Origin: a virus
Strand: one strand, 5' to 3'
Virus record (IMG/VR): IMGVR_UViG_3300023174_000078
Location: 57,277 to 121,276 of that record
DNA: 64,000 nt
The notes below the pieces were generated by a model, which saw only the letters and a list, made by a program, of their open reading frames with translations, was not told the origin of the DNA and ran no database searches. Positions 62,827 to 64,000 of the stretch are shown here, one piece after another. Each line of letters begins with the position of its first letter. Position 1 is the first letter of the stretch. A program made the position numbers and the translations under genes.

Positions 62827-64000
62827 TTCTGCTTATAAACTTTTAAAGCATATTAAAAATGCTGCAGCTATGGGTTCTGGATCTTTTATGCCTCCAGAGC
62901 CCTTGCCCAATTCTGTCAAAGCCAACCAGATAGAACAGCAAGAACTAGCAGAGCAACAAGGCGCTGCCTCTGCGGGAGCAGGCAATGAGCAAATGATGCA
63001 GATGCAAAAGGCTCAAGAGGATGCTGTTAATGAATTACAGCAAACGAAGCAACAGTTAGCGCAGATGCAAGGTGAATTGCAGAATGTTCAAGCGCAAGCG
63101 CAGCAGCAGCAACAAGCTATGCAAATGAGCGCGCAACAAGAAATTCAAAAAGCACAGATGGACGCGCAATATGAGCTTCAATCTGAGAAGATTAAGAATC
63201 AGCAAAAGTTGCTTAGTGTGCAAGAGAAGTCTATGCGCACTGCAGGCAAAGCAAAGCCTGACCAAAATCATATTCTTTCTAATCAACTCAAACGTGTCGT
63301 TAGGAAAGTTAATAGTTTAAAGTCAGCTAGTGCGCCTCCGATCATTGACGCCGCGACTGGTAAAGTTATTGGCAGCACCGCAAACACGGCATTATCTACC
63401 GCTACTCGTGCAGCTCCTCAGGCTGGTCTTAAAGCGACAGGCATGGCTGCGGGCAAGGGCTTAAGTCGGGCTATACCATTTGCGGGTGCTGCAATTAGCG
63501 GCGGTCTCGCTCTTAATAATTTAAGAAAAGGCAATTATCTTTCTGCGGGTGTGGACGTTGCGGGTGGTGTACTAAGTCAAATTCCTTTAGTTGGTATTCC
63601 TTTGGCGGTCGGCTCGAGTTTCTTATCTTCAGCTCTCGAAAATAAACCAAAGCAACCTACGCAGGCTGCGACTCCTACGCAGTATCCAGATATGAATACA
63701 GAACAAAGTCCTAACCAGTCTGTAGTTGGCGGCTCATCATTTCCTGGTGGTTTTTATGCGCCACAACCACAACAACAAAGATGGGATGCCGGTTTAAGCC
63801 CCTCAGAAAGATTTTCAGTTATGAACCAGGCGATGGGCAAACGGGGATCTGAGTTCAATCCCCTGGCGGCAGGAGGTCCTCAGCTTTATCAACAATGGAC
63901 ACCTGATGCGTTAGATGGTATTAAAAAACGCATGCCGCAGCTTCCTCCTAATTTCAATCCCCTGGCGGCAGGAGGTCCTCAGCTTTATCAAAAGATGCGC
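62819..64000 (+). CDS. Gln-rich / Gly-zipper protein, runs off the window end
   Basis: Manual translation MHNSAYKLLKHIKNAAAMGSG...; no stop seen before the window end; not in the ORF track. Confidence 0.7.
   Translation, partial: MHNSAYKLLKHIKNAAAMGSGSFMPPEPLPNSVKANQIEQQELAEQQGAASAGAGNEQMMQMQKAQEDAVNELQQTKQQLAQMQGELQNVQAQAQQQQQAMQMSAQQEIQKAQMDAQYELQSEKIKNQQKLLSVQEKSMRTAGKAKPDQNHILSNQLKRVVRKVNSLKSASAPPIIDAATGKVIGSTANTALSTATRAAPQAGLKATGMAAGKGLSRAIPFAGAAISGGLALNNLRKGNYLSAGVDVAGGVLSQIPLVGIPLAVGSSFLSSALENKPKQPTQAATPTQYPDMNTEQSPNQSVVGGSSFPGGFYAPQPQQQRWDAGLSPSERFSVMNQAMGKRGSEFNPLAAGGPQLYQQWTPDALDGIKKRMPQLPPNFNPLAAGGPQLYQKMR
63854..63991 (+). repeat. 39-bp direct repeat, period 99 bp (FNPLAAGGPQLYQ x2)
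   Basis: TTCAATCCCCTGGCGGCAGGAGGTCCTCAGCTTTATCAA at 63854 and 63953. Confidence 0.85.

Noticed and set aside
63854-63991. Terminal repeat or att site
   Set aside because: The period of 99 bp is in frame within a CDS and encodes a repeated peptide; treated as an intragenic repeat cut by the window edge.
1-64000. Alternative genetic code (stop-codon reassignment) explaining the many short ORFs
   Set aside because: Long recognisable genes are intact in the standard code and end in TAA, TAG or TGA; no suppressor tRNA was seen (tRNA-Ser UGA reads UCA).

Overview
This 64-kb window looks like part of a large (jumbo-type) tailed phage genome. Evidence: dense, mostly + strand small ORFs with overlapping stop/start codons, CCA-encoding tRNAs, SSB, a minus-strand holin/amidase/spanin lysis cassette (so a diderm host), two AAA+/vWA pairs, DNA-repair glycosylases, an RRM protein and three glycan-modification gene blocks. 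The most striking structure is at 14029-16150. It is a two-level tandem array of 11 overlapping mini-genes, each built from 7-18 copies of a 12-bp unit (constant TCTGTC plus a variable hexamer, giving S-V-x-x) and joined by a conserved 17-nt start/stop overlap that shifts the frame by +1 at every junction. About 11 older, diverged mini-genes with the same 4-residue periodicity lie at 5203-7706. Directly downstream of the array is an AAA ATPase, a DUF6745-like protein and its His-motif partner; from recall, DUF6745 proteins often carry SVxx-type repeats internally, but this copy lacks them. Other notable items are a two-gene glycan cassette flanked by a 31-bp duplication of a tRNA 5' end, atypical or degenerate tRNAs, a stand-alone GGQ release-factor domain beside a (p)ppGpp-hydrolase-like HD protein, and a 45-Cys protein. 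All product calls come from motif recognition by eye; no searches were run.
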